A DNA stretch of 22,380 nucleotides from Vitrella brassicaformis CCMP3155 (Eukaryota; Protista; Chromerida). The notes beneath the pieces were generated by a model. It did not search any database. It worked only from the letters and a program-made list of their open reading frames with translations, and was not told the origin of the DNA. The stretch spans positions 1 through 22,380 of the forward strand of contig CDMY01000772.1 of the NCBI GenBank assembly GCA_001179505.1, written 5' to 3'. How positions within the stretch are numbered: the stretch's first letter is position 1; each line of letters opens with the position of its first letter. The translations under genes were made by a program, and so were the position numbers. Positions 20,020 to 22,380 of the stretch are shown in pieces.

Positions 20020-22380
20020 CTACGGTGTGTTTTGGTTGTTGATATTGCTGTTGTGTTTGATGACGTGCTTGGCCGCCCGCTGCCCCGACAGCCAGGCGCC
20101 CGTCACACACTGGTGGCCCTCGCGGGACGTCGCCTCACCTACCACCATCACCAATCAGGACATTCAACACCCTCCAGGCCACCTAGCTCGCCTGTGGCAT
20201 GGGCTGCCTGTCTTGTGGTACCTGCTAGGATGAGGTGTCCGTCGTATTCGGGCGACGACAGCTCCACAATGTCGGCCTCATCAGAACCCTGCACCAGTGA
20301 CACATGAATCCGGGTATCTCTCTCGGCGTCTGTGTGACACTGTGTGACCTACCTTTGCGATGTAGCTGTAGCTGCCGAGCGCCTCTGGCTCGGTGTCCCA
20401 GTGGGTGACCTTCCAGTCCAACAGACGAGGCAACACATCTACGCCTTCGCCCTTTAGATGTGCACACACAAGGCACACATGCATACCCGAGGCTGTTTGT
20501 GCATATGGTGTGGTGTGTTGTGTTGTGTTGTGGTGTGTTATGTGTACCAGGTGTTGCTGCAGGTGCTTGAACATGGCGCGAAGCACATCCAAACAGTCGT
20601 CAACCACCTGGTCGTTGGATGCCAACACACACACACACACAGAGAAGCCAGCTGAGAGAAGTACTATGCTATGCAGTGCGTGCATCCCACCCCCGCCTGC
20701 CGACGTACGGACCTGTTTGTCGTCTTTGCCATTGTACCCGATGGATAGCGGGGGGTACACGTGCACACACAGAGTACCGCTCCTCCCTGCACACACGCAC
20801 CAAGACACACAATGTAACACAGATGGATGGATGGATGGACACACCGGCCTCCCTGTCAGCCAGCAGACCGTATGGGTGTAGGTTGAGTATCTGTATGGGG
20901 TAGTCGGCCTTTGTTGTGGCGATGTTGACACGGCTGCCGTACTCACGCCAGAAGGGATGCTCATGCCCACTCTCGTCACTGCCATGGTCGGTGTGGCCTC
21001 CTCCACGTGTGGCAGCGAACCGCAGAAAGATCTTGCCGTGTGTGCCCATGCCCAGCCGCCCGATGGACGCCCGCTTGCCCGCTGACAAAGGGGGATCGAA
21101 CCCCACCAAACTGACACACACACGACACACACACGACACACACATATGCAGAGAGGCGTGGCAGGACGGTTGCAGATTGCAGCACATGGTGAGGTGGGTC
21201 TTTACCTTCTCTGGAGTGTGTCGCTTTGGTCGATTTGGTGTTGTCTGCGGTGGCACTTGAGCGAGGCCTGCAACACGCCGAGCGGCAGCGTGGCCACCAC
21301 ATACCGACAACGATACACCTGGCAGACACACACACAGACAGATACGCAGGCACACCAGTCCATCAGTCCATCCATCCAGTTGTATGGTGCACAGTGGTGT
21401 CCCGTCCCGTCGTCCCTCTGACCTTCTTGGGTGCGGTTGCATCGTCGGCCAGGGTGACCTCCATCAGCCCACCGCCCCCCACATCGCCCCCACCATACGC
21501 CACACCCACCACACCGCACCCGTAGTGCACGTCAGCTCTGCCCCCGATCTCGCTAAGCAGGGGCTCTATCACAAGTTTGCCGAACCCGTTGACCACCAGC
21601 CAGTCCTTCCGGCTGAGGTGCTCCTCAGTCTTGTTCGGCACACACGCCTCCAGGCCCTGCTGGGGCATGAAGGCCGCCTGCTCCTGCACGCCGGCGGCGT
21701 ACTCGTGGAGGAATGCGTCTCTGTCTTGGGCGTATCTGGCGTCGTCGTCCCAGGTGTCGGGTGCGGCGGTGAGGTAGCGGATGTGTTTGTGTCGGATGTG
21801 GTCCTGGTGGGAGGCGTCGAGCGGCTCCTCCCACCGCCATACATCCGTGTGGTACAGGGGGCTGGGGTACCGACACAGCAGGTCCACAAAGTGCTCGTAG
21901 TGAGCTGACCGACAGAGACATACACCAGACAGACAACAAAAAAGACAATGCCAGCTAATGAATGGATGAAACGGGGATCGATCTCTCTCTCTCTGTCTGT
22001 CTGTTTCTCCCGCTGGGCGTATGTGTTGCGGCGTGTGTGTGTGCCGTACCGTCGAGATCGGCTGCCGTGGCACACATGGCCCAGTCCGTCCCCTTCATCT
22101 TGTCGATAATCCGCTCGTCCATCTCATCCCAGTCGCCCGCGCCCCCGTAGCCCAGCCGCTGGCGCACCACAGGCAGGTACTTGCGGAAGACGCTCTCCAG
22201 GTCCGCCGCATTGTCGCCCATGGCCAGGCCGCAGCTGATGTCGCTGTGGTAGACATCAGGCAGCGGCAGCACTGACGTCACGGTGGCCGGGGCGTCCCGC
22301 TGTGCTGCAGGGGGACGAGATGGGGATTTATTGCGCGTGCTGGCGGCCTTGGTGGGTCGGCTGGTGTTGTCTGGGCCGCT
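20020..22380 (-). CDS. Flavin-containing amine oxidase (PAO/LSD1-like Amino_oxidase fold), 3' part; multi-exon; 5' end outside the window
   Basis: DWLVVNGFGKLV; RYVVATLPLGVLQ; FDPPLS...KRASIGRLGMGTHGKIFLRF (conserved Lys); VTHWDTEPEALGSYSY; ILA|GEATSREGHQCVTGAWLSGQRAA. Stop TAG at 20022-20020. The GxGxxG motif is not in the window. Confidence 0.88.

Noticed and set aside
1-22380. Bacterial PKS cluster interpretation
   Set aside because: All four genes need spliceosomal introns to restore conserved motifs, and there is no operon-like layout.

Overview
Eukaryotic, GC-rich genomic scaffold. It has spliceosomal GT-AG introns full of CA/GT/GGAT microsatellites and four 300-N placeholder gaps. The style suggests an alveolate or chromerid such as Vitrella, but that is inference only. 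Four genes are visible. (1) The 3' part of a large modular type I polyketide synthase on + (1-9757), reading AT-KR ... KR ... KR-ACP-KS ... KR-ACP-TE. Its KR(-ACP) segments are near-identical repeats, and its thioesterase is intron-rich and lower in GC. (2) A convergent - strand PKS-like gene (15544 to ~11208) with the layout of a megasynthase loading end: acyl-AMP-ligase-like, ACP, ACP, KS. Every recognisable catalytic site looks substituted (both ACP Ser, KS Cys->Thr, degenerate P-loop, no KS C-terminal half), yet a ~1.7-kb stop-free exon and canonical splice sites remain. This is the best candidate for an undescribed system. (3) A divergently transcribed papain-family (C1A) protease (15732-19257) with a signal peptide, long N-terminal region, intact Cys/His/Asn triad, C-terminal transmembrane helix and terminal GYxxΦ motif. 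(4) The 3' part of a flavin amine oxidase on - (20020 to >22380). Repeats flanking the gaps may be partly assembly artefacts.
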